A stretch of DNA of 64,000 bases, taken from contig NC_057719.1 in NCBI RefSeq assembly GCF_004010195.1, forward strand, positions 84,458,239 to 84,522,238, read 5' to 3'. This document shows positions 11,236-24,747 of this stretch, piece by piece (within the stretch, counting starts at the first letter, position 1; the number at the start of each line of letters is the position of its first letter). The stretch is from Chiloscyllium plagiosum (Eukaryota). The position numbers and the translations under genes were made by a program. The notes under the pieces were generated by a model, which was not told where the DNA came from, made no database searches, and worked only from the letters and a program-made list of their open reading frames with translations.

Positions 11236-13499
11236 ATCATGTATGTTTTTGAAAAGGGTTATTTTTGATTTGATAATCACTCATCTTAGTTTATGGGGTT
11301 TGAGGTGTGGTGCTAACTCCCAGCAGGACCCCTGGAAAACAATCTGGGTCTTCTTTAAAATAATACCAGGGGGTTTTTCACACCCACTTGAGAAGGCTCT
11401 GGTTGAGCATCTCATCCAGAGAACAGTCCCCATTCTCTCGACTGAACCTGGAGTGTCAAGTTAGCTTATCTGCTCAAGTCTCTGGAATGCCCTGCACCTA
11501 AGGGAAGCCAGTGATGTTGCCAAAGTTTACTGCCTGGACAACAACACTGTCCTCGTCTGGGGGAGATGAGAGGAAGCGGTGTGACCTGGCAAAAATTGTA
11601 CTGGTGACAGCCTTAATACCTTTGTGGGTCAAGGGTTGAGAGATTCCGAACAGGTCCTCAATGGTTCCTTGAAAGGAGTCATTTGTGTGAAAGTTCAATG
11701 CAGCTGTCACTTTGATAGCCTTCAGGTTGTTGGTCTCATGCTGGCTGAGATTTCCATGAAAATCCTACCTTCCCAACTTGCCCCTCACCTGAGGTGTGCT
11801 GACTCTCAGGTTAAACCATCAGTTGTCTCTCTCCCTAATGAGAGAGCACCCTATGGTCCTCTGGAACTTGGATTTTACCTTTAGGTCCTGCTTTAGCAGT
11901 TGGCATAATTCTGTGACGCTGTCCTGGCATATAAGTGTCCTTGATATAAGTCAGGGTTATGTACCAGAAATGTGCAGCTCATACTGAAGTGATTTTCATA
12001 GAGGAATTTCCCCCCCAAAAGAATAATGTAAATATGGACTTATAGAGAATGTAAAAGCATTAAAGTTGCCTAATTGATTTAAACTAAGGTGAATTATCCC
12101 TGAGAAACAATAGAATAAATTATTAATAGGGACTTTTACTTAATCAAATGTTGTGATTCATACATGCCAACCAAAGTACGTACTATACATGTACTATATT
12201 TCCCTTCCATATTCACATGTCCAATTGTTGCTGGTTACCAGGATCTCAAAGTTCATTGTTGATGAAGTACCAAGTCTAGTTATCCAACTAGGGCCTAACC
12301 AATCCTTGAACTCCTTCAATCCAAATTATAAAATCACAAATTCAAACACATAAATATCGTCCACTTAAAAATAAGTCCATGATGGATTTCTTTCTGCTCA
12401 CACTCCAGAACAGAAGAAAGGAATTGTTTCAACTTGGTGTTTTAGATTCAACAAACCTTTCACAGATTTGTATGCCCCCCACTCATCACTACCTTAAGTT
12501 TCCCACTCCTGGTTTTATCACCATTCTTCACGCTGGCCACCGCCTTATGGCGATTTTGACCTCTGTTGCACAACAGATCAAATCGACCCTAGTGATTCTA
12601 GCCTACTTGTCTTACAGTTGTTCTGATCTACCCTGGCAGCTGTTGTCTCTGTACTGTCCCCATATTCTGACCAGCATGTCACGCCGCAGTTCTGAATATT
12701 ATTGTCACTTTGCACTCTGGCATACTTTGATTGCTCAGACTAACTCAACAGGCCATATTCTTCGATATGGGGTCTGAGATATACAACACAAATTACCAGA
12801 TGTACATCATGACACAACAAAATGGGTATGTGGGAAATTTTATATTTCGTTCCTCAAAATATCAGTGACGTGACTGCGAAACAACTTATATCACGATAAT
12901 GTATATTGCAGACCCACTGTAAGTAAAGCCTTCAGCAATCTCACTTATCTGGAGACAATGGACATAATGGACAAAAACCTCTGGCCCTTCTAAACCTTCT
13001 GCATATCCTGAGGGAACTTTCAGCTGCACCTCCCTCGTGGAGGCTGTTCAGCATATTTCAGGGTATCTGTTCCTTCTCCACTTCCTTTGTTAGACTGCAG
13101 CAATAGTGTCAATAACCCTGCTGTGACTGGATCCATCAATTACACTTCAATGAACCTATGTTAGGAATGCAAGAAACAGAACAGGCTTTCAGTGATGTGA
13201 GAAGTCAGCCTTCACATTGCCCACAAATGACAGATTAGCATACTCTTCCATACAATGGTTCATGGAGCACTCCGACAAAGAGATCCATGGAATGCAGCAC
13301 CAGTAATAATGCAAACAGATAGTGGGAGATTGTAAGTGCTGCATGACTACTGAGACTTTGTTCTCCCAGCCCCACTTCTCCTAAGAAAGCATCACTGTGT
13401 ATAAGATCATGTCAATGAATGTCACAGGTCAAGGTGAGCAAATCAATCTCATGCCCCAGTGCAGCCTAGGAGATCTTGCAATATTTTGTCCTGAAGGTC

Positions 13500-13628
13500 T
13501 ATAACAGAAAGACCAAGCACAGACTCGGGGACTGGTTAGCAGAGCATCTGCACTCTGTACACTCCAATCAACACCACCATCCAGTTGCCAGGCATTTCAA
13601 CTCCCCCTCCCACTCCTTTGGCGACATA
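13500..13628 (+). mobile_element. Penelope GIY-YIG fragment, left part (resumes at about 16411-16855 after the CR1 insertion)
   Basis: TKHRLGDWLAEHL..HPVARHFNSPSH reading; the right part carries the terminal repeat and a damaged hammerhead at about 16734-16766. Confidence 0.75.
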
Positions 13629-16336
13629 GAGTCATAGAGATGTACAGCATGGAAACAGACACTTCGGTCCAACCCGTCCATGCCGACCAGATATCCCAAC
13701 CCAATCTAGTCCCACCTGCCAGCACCCAGCCCATATCCCTCCAAACCCTTCCTATTCATATACCCATCCAAATGCCTCTTAAATGTTACAATTGTACCAG
13801 CCTTCACCACATCCTCTGGCAGCTCATTGCATACATGTACCACCCTCTGTGTGAAAAAGTTGTCCCTTAGGTCTCTTTTATATCTTTCCCCTCTCACCCT
13901 AAACCTATGACCTCTAGTTCTGGACTTCCCAACCCCAGGGAAAAGACTTTGCCTATTTACCCGATCCATGTCCCTCATAATTGTGTAAACCTCTTTAAGG
14001 TCACCCCTCAGCCTCCAACCCTCCAGGGAAAACAGCGCTAGACTGTTCAGCCTCTCCCTATAGCTCAAATCCTCCAACCTTGGCAACATCCTTGTAAATC
14101 GTTTCTGAACCCTTTCAAGTTTCACAATATCTTTCTGATAGGAAGGAGACCAGAATTGCATACAATATTCCAACAGTGGCCTAACAATGTCCTGTACAAC
14201 TGCAACATGACCTCCCAACTCCTGTACTCAATACTCTGACCAATAAAGGAAAGCATACCAGATGCCTTCTTCACTATCCTATTCTACTGCAACTCCACTT
14301 TCAGGGAGCTATGAACCTGCACTCCAAGGTCTTTGTTCAACATCACTCCCTCGGACCTTACCATTAAGTGTATAAGTCCTGCTAAGATTTGCTTTCCCAA
14401 ATGCAGCACCTCACATTTATCTAAATTAAACTCCATCTAACACTTCTCAGCCCATTGGCCCATCTGGTCCAGATCCTGTTGTAATCTGAGGTAACCCTCT
14501 TCACTGTCCACTACACCTCCAACTTTGGTATTGTCTGCAAACTTACTAACTATGCATCTTATGCTCACATCCAAATCATTTATATAAATGATGAGAAGTA
14601 GTGGACCCAGCACCGATTTTTGTGGCACTCCACTGGTCAGAGGCCTCCAGTCTGAAAAACAACCCTCCACCACCACCTCATCTACCTTTGAGCCAGGTCT
14701 GTATCCAAATGGCTAGTTCTCCTTGTATTCCGTGAGATCTAACCTTGCTAATCAGTGTCCCATGGGGAACCTTGTCGAATGCCTCTTTGTTACGTCTTAA
14801 AAAACTCAATCAAGTTTGTGAGACATGATTTCTCATGCACAAAGCCATGTTGACTATCCTGAATCAGTCCTTGCCTTTCCAAATACATGTTCATCCTGTC
14901 CCTCAGGATTCCCTCCAACAACTTGCCCACCACTGACGTCAGGTTCACCGGTCTACAGTTCCCTGGCTTGTCGTTACTACCTTTCTTAAATAGTGTCACC
15001 ACGTTAGCTGACTCCAGCCTTCTGGCACCTCACTTATGACTATCGATGATACAAATATCTCAGCAAGAGGCCCAGCAATCACTTCTGTAGCTTCCCACAG
15101 AGTTCTCAGGTACACCTGATCAGGTCCTGGGGATTTACCCACCTTTAACCGTTTCAAGACATCCAGCACTTCCTCCTCTGTAATATGGACATTTTGCAAA
15201 ATGTCACCATCTATTTCCCTACAGTCTATATCTTCCATATCCTTTTTCACAGTAAATACTGATGCAAAATACTCATTTCGTATCTCCCCTATTTTCTGCG
15301 GCTCCACATAAAGGCCGCCATGTTGACCTTTGAGGGGCCCTATTCTCTCCCTAGTTACCCTTTTGTCCTTAATGTATTTGTAAAACCTCTGTGGATTCTC
15401 CTTAATTCTATTTTCCAAAGCTATCTCATGTCCCCTCTTTTGCCCTCCTGATTTCCCTCTTAAGTATACTCCTACTTCCTTTATACTCTTCTAAGGATTC
15501 ACTCGATCTATCCTGTCTATACCTTACATATGCTTCTTTTTTTTCTTAACCAAACCCTCAATTTCTTGAGTCATCCAGTATTCCCTATACCTACCAGCCT
15601 TTCCTTTCACCCTGACAGGAATGTACTTTCTCTGGATTCTTGTTATCTCATTTCTGAAGGCTTCCCATTTTCCAGCCGTCCCTTTACCTGCGAACATCTG
15701 CCCCCAATCAGCTTTCGAAAGTTCTTGCCTAATACCATCAAAATTGGCCTTTCCCCAATTTAGAACTTCAACTTTTAGATCTGGTCTATCCTTTTCCATC
15801 ATTATTTTAAATCTAATAGAATTATGGTCGCTGGCCCCAAAGTGCTCCCCCACTGACACCTCAGTCACCTGCTCTGCCTTATTTCCCAAGAGTAGGTCAA
15901 GTTTTGCACCTTCTCCCGTAGGGACATCCACATACTGAATCAGAAAATTGTCTTGTACACACTTAACAAATTCCTCTCCATCTAAACCTTAAACACTATG
16001 GCATTCCCAGTCTATGTTTGGAAAGTTAAAATCCCCTACCATAACCACCCAATTATTCTTACAGATAGCTGAGATCTCCTTACAAGGTTGTTTCTCAATT
16101 TCCCTCTGACTATTAGGGGTCTATAATACAATCCCAATAAGGTGATCATCCCTTTCTTATTTCTCAGTTCCACCCAAATATCTTCCCTGGATGTATTTTC
16201 GGGAATATCCTCCCTCAGCATAGCTGTCATGCTATCCCTTATCAAAAATGCCACTCTCCCTCCTCTCTTGCCTCTCTTTCTATTCTTCCTGTAGCATTTG
16301 TATCCTGGAACATTAAGCTGCCAGTCCTGCCCGTCC
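13626..16336 (-). mobile_element. 2.7-kb 5'-truncated CR1 LINE (endonuclease C-terminus and RT), frameshifted
   Basis: LDLLL..SDHN, PGPD, NCRPVNLTSVVGKLLE, QHGF, SGVPQ, KFADNTK motifs; CATAGAGT tail. Confidence 0.93.
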
Positions 16337-17147
16337 CTGGCAGATTAATGTTCCCGGATACAAATGCTACAGGAAGGATAGAAAGGGAAGCAAGAGAGAA
16401 GCGGGGGCAAGTCCATCCTGGACCTCCTCCACATGCAAACTGGTGGAATAACACCTCACATTCTGTCTTGGGAGCTTACAACCCAATGGCCTCAACATAG
16501 AGTTCACCAGCTTCAAAATCTCCCCACCCCCAACTTCAACCCATGTCCAGGCCTTCCTGTCCTCCTTGACCTGACCAACCTGTCCATCTTCCTTTTCACC
16601 TATCTGTTCCACCCTTCCCACTGACCAATCACAATAACCCCCTACCTGCATCCACCTATCATCATCCCACCCACCTTTCTCCCAGCCCCACTTGCTACCC
16701 TCTATTTATTTCCAAGCTCCCTTCCCCTTCCCCAGTCCTGATGAAGGGTCCTGACCCGAAACTGACTCCGATGCTGTCTGACCTACTGTGCCCTTCCAGC
16801 TCTCTATTGTATCGACTCTGACTTCCAGCATCTGCAGTCCATTCTATCTCCAAGTCACCTGTGATTACTTCTCCTTCACAAAGATGACTATCTTCAATCT
16901 ACATTGACAAATGACATGATCAAGCTGGCTTGTGACCAGCATTTGCACCCTATACTGTTATATACTTGATGCGTTTCACATGCATGCTATGATTATAGAT
17001 GATTTCATCCTGTCTGTGAAATTGCCTGATTGGTGCAGTCACACCTTGAAGGGCCTCAGATCATAAGTGGATCTCATATGTGGAGACAGAACAAAACCTC
17101 TTACTCCACTCTGGGTGTGGTCACAGCCACGTTCCCTTTGCAGTTAA

Positions 17148-17413
17148 CGACCCGGGTTCAATTCCCGCCTCAGGCGACTGACTGTGTGGAGTTTGCACGT
17201 TCTCCCCGTGTCTGCGTGGGTTTCCTCTGGGTGCTCCGGTTTCCTCCCACAGTCCAAAGATGTGCAGGTTAGGTGAATTGGCCGTACTAAATTGCCCGTA
17301 ATGTTAGGTAAGGGGTAAATGTAGGGGTATGGGTGGGTTACGCTTCGACGGGTCGTGTGGACCTGTTGGGCCGAAGGGCCTGTTTCCACACTGTAATGTA
17401 ATCTAATCTAATC
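17148..17413 (+). mobile_element. HE1-like V-SINE, 5'-truncated
   Basis: B-box GGTTCAATTCC, V core, TAATC tail. Confidence 0.85.
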
Positions 17414-18249
17414 AGTTGATTGAATATGGAACACGATTCAGGCACAGTGAGTCATAGGCTAAGCCTGTTAATCAAGAGGTCTCCCTGAACCTGCATGTCC
17501 CTTTCCTCTTATAATCCACAACACATAGTTCCTCAACCTCCCTAATGCAGTCTTCCCTGATAAATCCACCCTGCTATGTTGACTTTCATTCTGTTCACCC
17601 TCAGTACTGATCATGGTCTACCAGCCGACTGACTTCGAAGGGCAGCCCAACTGATGACTGACCAGACCCTTTTAATGATTTGTGTGCCGCTTCCCATCTG
17701 ACTTACTGTGAACTCCCTTATTGTTTGTATTGGACCTGCAGGACCGAACGTGGCCCACTTCCCAGACTTCAGTGAAATGGACCCCTGACCATGTCTGCCC
17801 CAAGCAGTCAGCTGACTGTGTTCAAGCTCCTGGACTAAGATCAGATGATGCCCATGTCTTTCTGTAATGGGCCCCCTGGCTAATTTGACTTGAGTCAGAA
17901 CCACTCCCGTTAGACTTTGAGAAGATCATTCCTGCTGAATGTTTCTCTGGACCTGGGAGACCATACTGACCTTGGTGGCAATCTTTGACCAAGCTGGTGT
18001 CGTGGCCTCCTTTGCTGGTTCTGAAGGAAGAGGACAGTGAACAAGGTCCTTCAGGTCCCTGTCTACAAAGAGGGGTGTCATTTTTCCTTTGGGCCATCAT
18101 TTTTCTCTCATCTGCATTGTGTGGAGTAAATAATTGTGCAGGAAAGCTCCAGACGGACCATGTGCACAATGGCCTGGAAGACAAAAATGGCATCCTGAGA
18201 CAAACAGAAGTGCAGGAGGCAAATGGAGGGAGAAATTTTAAAAAAAACA

Positions 18250-18755
18250 CACTCAATCAGGAAAAAAATACTAATGAATCAAATGGGATAAAAGTCCTAC
18301 AGGTTCACTGGACTTGATGGCCTGCATTCAAGGGTCTAAAAAGAAGTGGCTTGAGAGATAATGGATGCTTTAATTGAAAGTTTCTGAAATTTCCTAGATT
18401 CTTGAAAGGTCCCAGCTGATTGTAAAACAGCAGGTGTAACATCTCTGGTCAAGAGAGAAGTGAGACAAGAAGTAGGGATATGGAATAGACAATTTAGGGA
18501 TGAGATCAGGAGAAATTCCTTCACCCAGGCAGTAGTGAGCCTGTGGAACTCTTTGCAACAGTAAGCAGTTGAGGCCAAAATGAATTATTTCAAGTAGGAG
18601 TTAGACATAATTCTTCAAACTAAAGGATTCAAAGGGTATGGGGAGAAAGCAGGGACAGTGTACTGAATTGGATGATCAACAAGATCATATTAGACGGTGG
18701 AGCAGGCTCAAAGGGTCAAGTATCCCTCTCCTGCTCCTATTTTCTATGTTACTAT
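18250..18755 (+). mobile_element. CR1-like LINE fragments
   Basis: Degenerate PG.DGLH.RVLKEVA and 3' end RRNSFTQ.VV.LWNSL. Confidence 0.6.
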
Positions 18756-18992
18756 TAGTTAGTCTAATATCTCTCTCGGGGAAATGCTTGAATTCAATTT
18801 TAAGAATCTTATAGCGGTGTTAGAATACTTGCTGATTTGAATTATTTTTTATTTGATCAATTTAGTTTGGAGCTATGCACTGAGAACTGTGGGTTGATAA
18901 TGACCTTTGGACTATGGGCATCAGCTTGTGTTTAAAACAAAATTTGAACAAACAAGTTGGTTTGTTTGTGAGGCCAGGTCCTGGAAGTTAAT

Positions 18993-19207
18993 AGATGTGA
19001 AGCTGGAAGAGCACAGCAGGTCAGACAGCATCCAAGGAGCAGGAAAGTCAGCGTTTCAGACAGTAACCCATCATCAGTCCTAATGAAGGGTTGCGGCCCA
19101 AAACATTGAGTTTCCTGCTCCTCAGTGCTATCTGACCTGCTGTGCTCTTCTAGCTTCACATCTATTGACTCTGACTTCCAGCACCTGCAGTCCTTACTGT
19201 CTCCAGG
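18993..19207. mobile_element. Palindromic Penelope-type terminal cassette with TSD
   Basis: Inverted arms about 18991-19077 and 19080-19166; flanks CCTGGAAGTTAAT (18980-18992) and CCTGGAATTTAAT (19208-19220). Confidence 0.75.
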
Positions 19208-19503
19208 CCTGGAATTTAATTGATCAATTGGTTCTACTGATGCTTCAACAACAGGGTAGAGTAGTATTTTTAAAAAGAGAGTACATGTTGGCCATTAATG
19301 AGGTCAATACCAGGGAATTAATTCCAGCAAGTTTGGGAGAATCCTTATACTCCAGGAGAGGCAGATGTTGAATGGTAACTGTGGGGAGACAGGCTGTCTG
19401 ACAGGGAGAGGCCAGAGTTTTGATCTGGGTTTTAGATTTCATTTTCTGTGAGAAGGAGTTTGGCTGCTGATGCTCCAGCTTGGAGATTCGAAAGCTCCTT
19501 ACC

Positions 19504-19806
19504 TAGATTAGATTAGATTACTTACAGTGTGGAAACAGGCCCTTCGGCCCAACAAATCCACACCGACCTGCAACCCACCCAGACCCATTCCCCTACACCT
19601 AACACTATGGGCAATTTAGCATGGCCAATTCACCTGACCTGCACATTTTTGGACTGTGGGAGGAAACCGGAGCACCTGGAGGAAACCCACGCAGACACGG
19701 GGAGAATGTGCCAACTCCACACAGACAGTCGCCTGAGGCGGGAATTGAACACGGGTCTCTGGCGCTGTGAGGCAACAGTGCTAACCACTGTGCCACCGTG
19801 CCGCCC
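19504..19806 (-). mobile_element. Full-length young HE1-like V-SINE
   Basis: GGCGGCACGGTGGCACAGTGGTTAGC head (A box), B box, V core, TAATC tail. Confidence 0.9.
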
Positions 19807-20229
19807 ATAACTTCCCATTCTCAGATATTGGAAGTTAAGAGAATAAATAATACTGACTTCCTGCAGTGGGGTGGTCAAGAGGGATGAAGCAGGGGAATTT
19901 GGTGAGGGTTGGTGTGTGTTGGAGGATGGGTGGAGTAAGGTACTCTATAATTGAGAGTGCAGGAGAAAATACTTTTACATTTGAAAAAATATTTAAATGC
20001 ATTTTGAGCTTTCTTACTGCACCTCAATATTCATCGATAACTTCATCAGTAAAATCCAGAATTATGCATTTGGGTAGGATGGAAGACTTGAGAATCAACC
20101 CACCTTCATTTCCTACTGTGGCCTTATGAGGCTATAGACCCATGTTTTCCAGCATGTTGGCAAAGGTTGTGTTTCCTACTTAAAATTGAACCTGCATCCT
20201 GCCTTTGCCTCTGAGGAACAAAAGCAGAC

Positions 20230-21260
20230 ACTATATTCTGCAACAGGATGTTGATAGGTTAAGTGATTGGGCAAAAAAAAAAGGTAGATAGTGTAAGATG
20301 TGGGAAAATTTGAGATCTTCCACTTTGGTAGGAAGAGTTTTATTTAATTGGTGACAGAACTGCAGAATGCTGTGGTACAGACAGATCTGAGTGGCCCTGT
20401 ATCTGAATCACAAAAGAAGTTAGTATACAGATACAGACGTAATTGGAAAGTCAAATGATATTTTAATTTTTATTGCAAAGGGAATGGAGTATAAAAGGAG
20501 GGAAATCTTTCTGCAACCGTATCAAGGTATTTATGGAACAATATCTAGAGTACTGTACGGAGTCTTGTTTTTTTTAGTTAAGGAAGAATTATCTACAATA
20601 CACTTGCATTGTAGATAATTCAGAAGGTTCACCAGGTTGATTCAGACATGAAGAGACTGTCTTTTGAGAAAAGGTGAAGCAGTTTGGGACAATACCCATC
20701 AGAGTTTAGAGGAAGATCTGTTTGAAATGTGTAAGAATTCAAGAGGGCTTGACTGGGTAAATGCTGAGAGGATGTTTTCCCTCATGAAGATATCTTAGAA
20801 CCAGGGGTAACATATTCAAAGGGTCTCTCGCTTAAGATAGATATGATGAGGACTTTCTTTTCTCAAAGCTCATTAGTCGTTGGAACTCTTTACCATAGAA
20901 TCCCTATAGTGCAGAAAGAGACCATTAGGCCCATCAAGTCTGCACTGACCCTCCACAGAGCATCCCACCCAGACTCAGTTCCCCCACCTCACCCTATTCC
21001 CTTAACCCCGCATTTACCATGGTTAATCCACCCAGCCTGCACATCCCTGGACACTATAGGACAACTTAGCATGGCCAATCCACCTAACTTGCATATCCTT
21101 TATTCCCGAGGGCAGTGGTAACTGAGTTATTGAATATATGAAAGGCTGAAAGAGTTATGACAGGAAACTGAAGTTAAGGCCACAAATCAGATCATCCATG
21201 AAGTCAGCAAGACATGGTGGGCCAAATGGTGTACTTCTGCACCAATTTCTGAGGTTCAGA
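20230..21260 (+). mobile_element. Old CR1 3' fragment interrupted by a partial V-SINE (about 20897-21097, - strand)
   Basis: LQQDVDRL..W, LEYC, RFTRLI motifs. Confidence 0.65.
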
Positions 21261-21429
21261 AGAACTAGCTTGAGGGCATGGCTACCAAAGGTGGAGTGAT
21301 AAAAATCAGTGATGTATGATTAGGCCGACGTGGAGAAACAGTGTGTTCTTGGAACATACGGAGGAGTTTATGGAAATAGGAACAGGTTAAACACTAACCT
21401 GTGAGGGCGGATGGATTTCTCCTGCACAC

Positions 21430-21670
21430 TTGGTATAATTTCATAACTGATTTGATTTATTATTGTCACATGTACAGTGAAAAGTTTTGTTTTGTGTCCA
21501 GTAGAGGCAGATCATACCATACAAAGTGCGTTAAGGTAGGAGAACAGAGTGATGAATATAACGTTACGACTGCAGAGAAGGTGCACAGAATGCGAGATCA
21601 ATTTAAAATTTGAGAGGTCCATTCAGAAGTCTAATAACAGCAGGGAAAAAAGCTATTCTTGAATCTATTA
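21430..21670 (-). mobile_element. 3' end of a Rex1/Babar-like LINE (same family as 61100-61330)
   Basis: Reverse complement of the 3' region of the element at 58930-61330. Confidence 0.65.
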
Positions 21671-21799
21671 ATTCTACTCATCTGGTACACAAAGGAAATC
21701 TTCAACAGCAATTATGAAATTGTGACTATTATACAGATATCAAATTAGACGTTACTCCCCTGATCTGGCTTTTTTTTTTGGCTCCCTCTCTAGGGTGCA

Positions 21800-21903
21800 A
21801 TGGATCTGCTGGAGGAGTCAGATGAAGATGTTTTCCGAGATGAAGATGATAAAGTATCTAAGAAGGCGAAATTTAGGGTATCTGCTCCTAAAGTAGACCA
21901 ACT
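21800..21903 (+). CDS. DRC7: DRC7/CCDC135 coding exon 1 (MDLLEESDEDVFRDEDDKVSKKAKFRVSAPKVDQ-L); acceptor TAG at 21791-21793
   Basis: Pyrimidine tract plus TAG, ATG in good Kozak context (GCAATGG), donor CT|GTAAGT. Phase 2 joins in frame with the next exon. The acidic N-terminus is poorly conserved, so the assignment rests on splice signals and frame. Confidence 0.75.
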
Positions 21904-22254
21904 GTAAGTAAAGTTTATTTCTGTTGTCATAACTTTTCTTGCATGTTTTGGAATACATTTCCCAGAATACAAATCTAAAGGCAACATGGGAACTTTGTAA
22001 TGGAAAAAGGAATTAAACAATACAAAATATAATGGACCCAATGATGAGCCTACATAAAACTTTAATAAGAGCCCTGTACAGTTTGGGTTGCACACTGTGG
22101 GAAGGGGCTTTAGGGATTATAATGCAGACTAATTAAGAGATTGGTTGGAATGAAGAAATAGGAAACATGAACATGTAAGATTGGGATGTTTTTTCTTATA
22201 ATTTGAGCAATTAAATAAACATGTTGATAATTTTGAAAGAATACAACTGAGTAG

Positions 22255-22640
22255 TTAGAATTAGAATCCCTACAGTGTGGAAACAGGCCTTTTGGCCCAA
22301 TAAGTCCACAATGACCCTCCAAAAAGTATCCCATCCAGACCCATTCCCCGACATTTACCCCTGACTCATGCACCTAACATACATCCCTGAACACTATGGG
22401 CAATTAAGCGTGGCCAGTTCACCTAACCTGCACATCTTTCGACTGTGGGAGGAAACTGGAGCACCCAGAGGAAACCTATGCAAAGCACCAGGGACCCAGA
22501 TTTGATTCCAGCCTCAGGCAACTGTCTGTGTGGAGTTTGCATTCCTGATGAAGTGCTCTTGCCCAAAACATCATTTCTCCTGCTTCTCGGATGTTGCCTG
22601 ACCTGCTGTGTTTTTCCAGCACCACACTCTCGGTTGTCCA
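22255..22640. mobile_element. V-SINE with an internally inverted 5' part fused to a Penelope-type hammerhead tail
   Basis: - strand SINE 22255-22483, + strand SINE head 22484-22541, CTGATGAAG tail 22542-22640. Confidence 0.7.
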
Positions 22641-22689
22641 AATGACCAGCTGTAGTACTCTGGAAGTCAGTCCCAGTTTTAATGGTGGC

Positions 22690-23092
22690 TGGGGGAGATT
22701 TGAGGGTTGGAGGAGGTGACAGAGATAGGGAGGGGTATAGAGGTGACAGAGGTTACACAGGTAGGGAGGGTAGGAGCTGCAGGATGTTACACAGATTGTG
22801 TAGTGTGTAGGGGGCTGCAGAAGGTGACAGGGTTAAGGAGGAGTGTAGGAGCTGGGTAAAGTTATACGGATAGGAAGGTGTTGCAGGGCTAGGGGAGGTT
22901 ATACAGATAGTGAGGTTTTAAGGGGCTGGAGGAGGTGACAGAGAAGGGGGGAGTGTAGTGATTGGTGGACAGATTTAAGGAGGAGTGTAGTGTGCAGTAG
23001 AAGGTGACAAAGATAGGGAGGAGTATAGGAGGCTGGCGGAAGTGACAGAGATGGAGAGGGTACAGAGGGCTGGAGGAGGTAACAGAAATAGT
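22690..23092 (+). repeat. Degenerate purine-rich tandem repeat (about 36-38 bp unit, GGAGGAGGTGACAGAGATAGGGAGGAGTGTAGGGGCT-like)
   Basis: About ten diverged units visible. Confidence 0.7.
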
Positions 23093-24414
23093 TATAATAA
23101 AAATGGCCCTTACTCCTCATCCACCATGCACATTTCAATGCTCCACTCTTACCAAATCAAGCCATCTCATGGCTTATACTCAACCCTTCTACTGTCCATG
23201 CCAACCTATGCCTCTCTACCTGTCCCAAAGTCTACTTATGGAGTCTACTTCATACCAACTTTGAGCAAGCTCATGCTAACCCATGACCCCACATTTATCC
23301 CCATGGCCTTTTATAGCCCAGATGACAACTTGTGTCATACCCCCGCTACCCTTTGTCCTTGCGTGTGCAATGTCAATTCATCTAGTATCCAGAGCAGGTA
23401 AATCTCAGAAGCCATGCTGAAAAGAAATAAAATAAGTATCTATCTATTACAGTCTTCACTATGTTAGAAAAGAACTATAATTGATAAAGGCCTAATCAAG
23501 CTTAGTATTGAATCAAAAACATATTCACAATCCCATCAAACACAGTTATATCAAGCTGTGAATTTACAACTTGGGCTGCAGGATAAGGCATTTGTGGTTG
23601 CAGTCAAACAGTGGTAATACACTACAGTGGTAACATAATACAGTGTAAACCCTCAGGCTTTTGTCAACAAGTAGCTTTAGAAATTACAAGCACTGATATT
23701 TTTAACCGAGAGATTTTTTTTCAAAATTTTAAAGAACAGTGGATTGTAATGACTTGCCAACTTCTCAGTTCCACAGACCTTATCTACATTTTAGGTACAT
23801 GGATCGACTAATGTAACAATCCCAAAGGGTTACCTGACCTCTCCAGCAGGATACTTGATTTCTCCAAATAACTTATTAGGACCAGACCTTTTCCTTGAAT
23901 TTGAAAATCCCATCAGTCATGTTTCAGAAATCTAAATGGGGTAAAATTTTGATTTTGATGAAGACAAATGCAATTTAAAATGTGTTTCTGCCTCCCTCAA
24001 CCATGGGTGTGCCAATTTTGATTTGACCTTACACCTTCAGCAAAAATGGTGACTGCCAGATGTTGGACCAGACTTCCAGATGTGGATATCTGGTACCATT
24101 TTGGCTAAGACGCTTCTTTGTATTCCATAATTTTGGCTTGCATCAACATTTGTGATTAAAATGATAAGCCTGAGGAAGTGGAAGGACTTGAAGGGATAGG
24201 GAACAGATTTTTACATGGAGCTAAGTTTACAAGACAGAAACTAGCCATTTGTCCAATGGACACAACCTTCCTGCCACCTTAGTGATCCGAACAAACACAC
24301 TAACCTGAACAGGTTATATGGTAACAAAAAGTCCGTTGAAGAATTCAAGGGAAACGTCTTTACCCAGAGAGTGATTAGAATGCAGAAGAAAACTAAACAA
24401 TAGTTGAGGTGAAT

Positions 24415-24747
24415 TAGAATCATAGAATCCCTACAATGTGGAAGCAGGCCATTTGGCCCATTGAGTCTGCACTGACCCTCTAAAGAGCATCACACCCATA
24501 TCCATCCCCCTATCTTATCCCTGTAACCCTACATTTCGCATGTCTAATCCACCTAGCTTGCATATCCCTGGACATTATGGGCAATTTAGCATGGTCAATC
24601 CACCTAACCTGCACATCTTTGGACTATGGGAGGAAACTGGACCAACCAGAAGAAACCCATGCAGACAGTTGCCCGAGGGTGGAATCGAACTCAGCCCTCT
24701 GGTACAGTGAGGCAGCAGTGCAAACCACTGAACCACCATGCCACCCT
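24415..24747 (-). mobile_element. HE1-like V-SINE with internal deletion
   Basis: Same head, core and tail as the other copies. Confidence 0.85.

Noticed and set aside
17822..18317. Overlapping 144-aa and 110-aa ORFs
   Set aside because: No recognisable domain or splice support; the region may be old transposon sequence that I could not classify.
19730..19806. tRNA-like sequence with A and B boxes
   Set aside because: Head of a V-SINE, continuous with the SINE core and tail; not a tRNA gene.
22690..23092. Regularly spaced repeats (CRISPR-like periodicity)
   Set aside because: Degenerate tandem purine-rich units without unique spacers, in a vertebrate genome.
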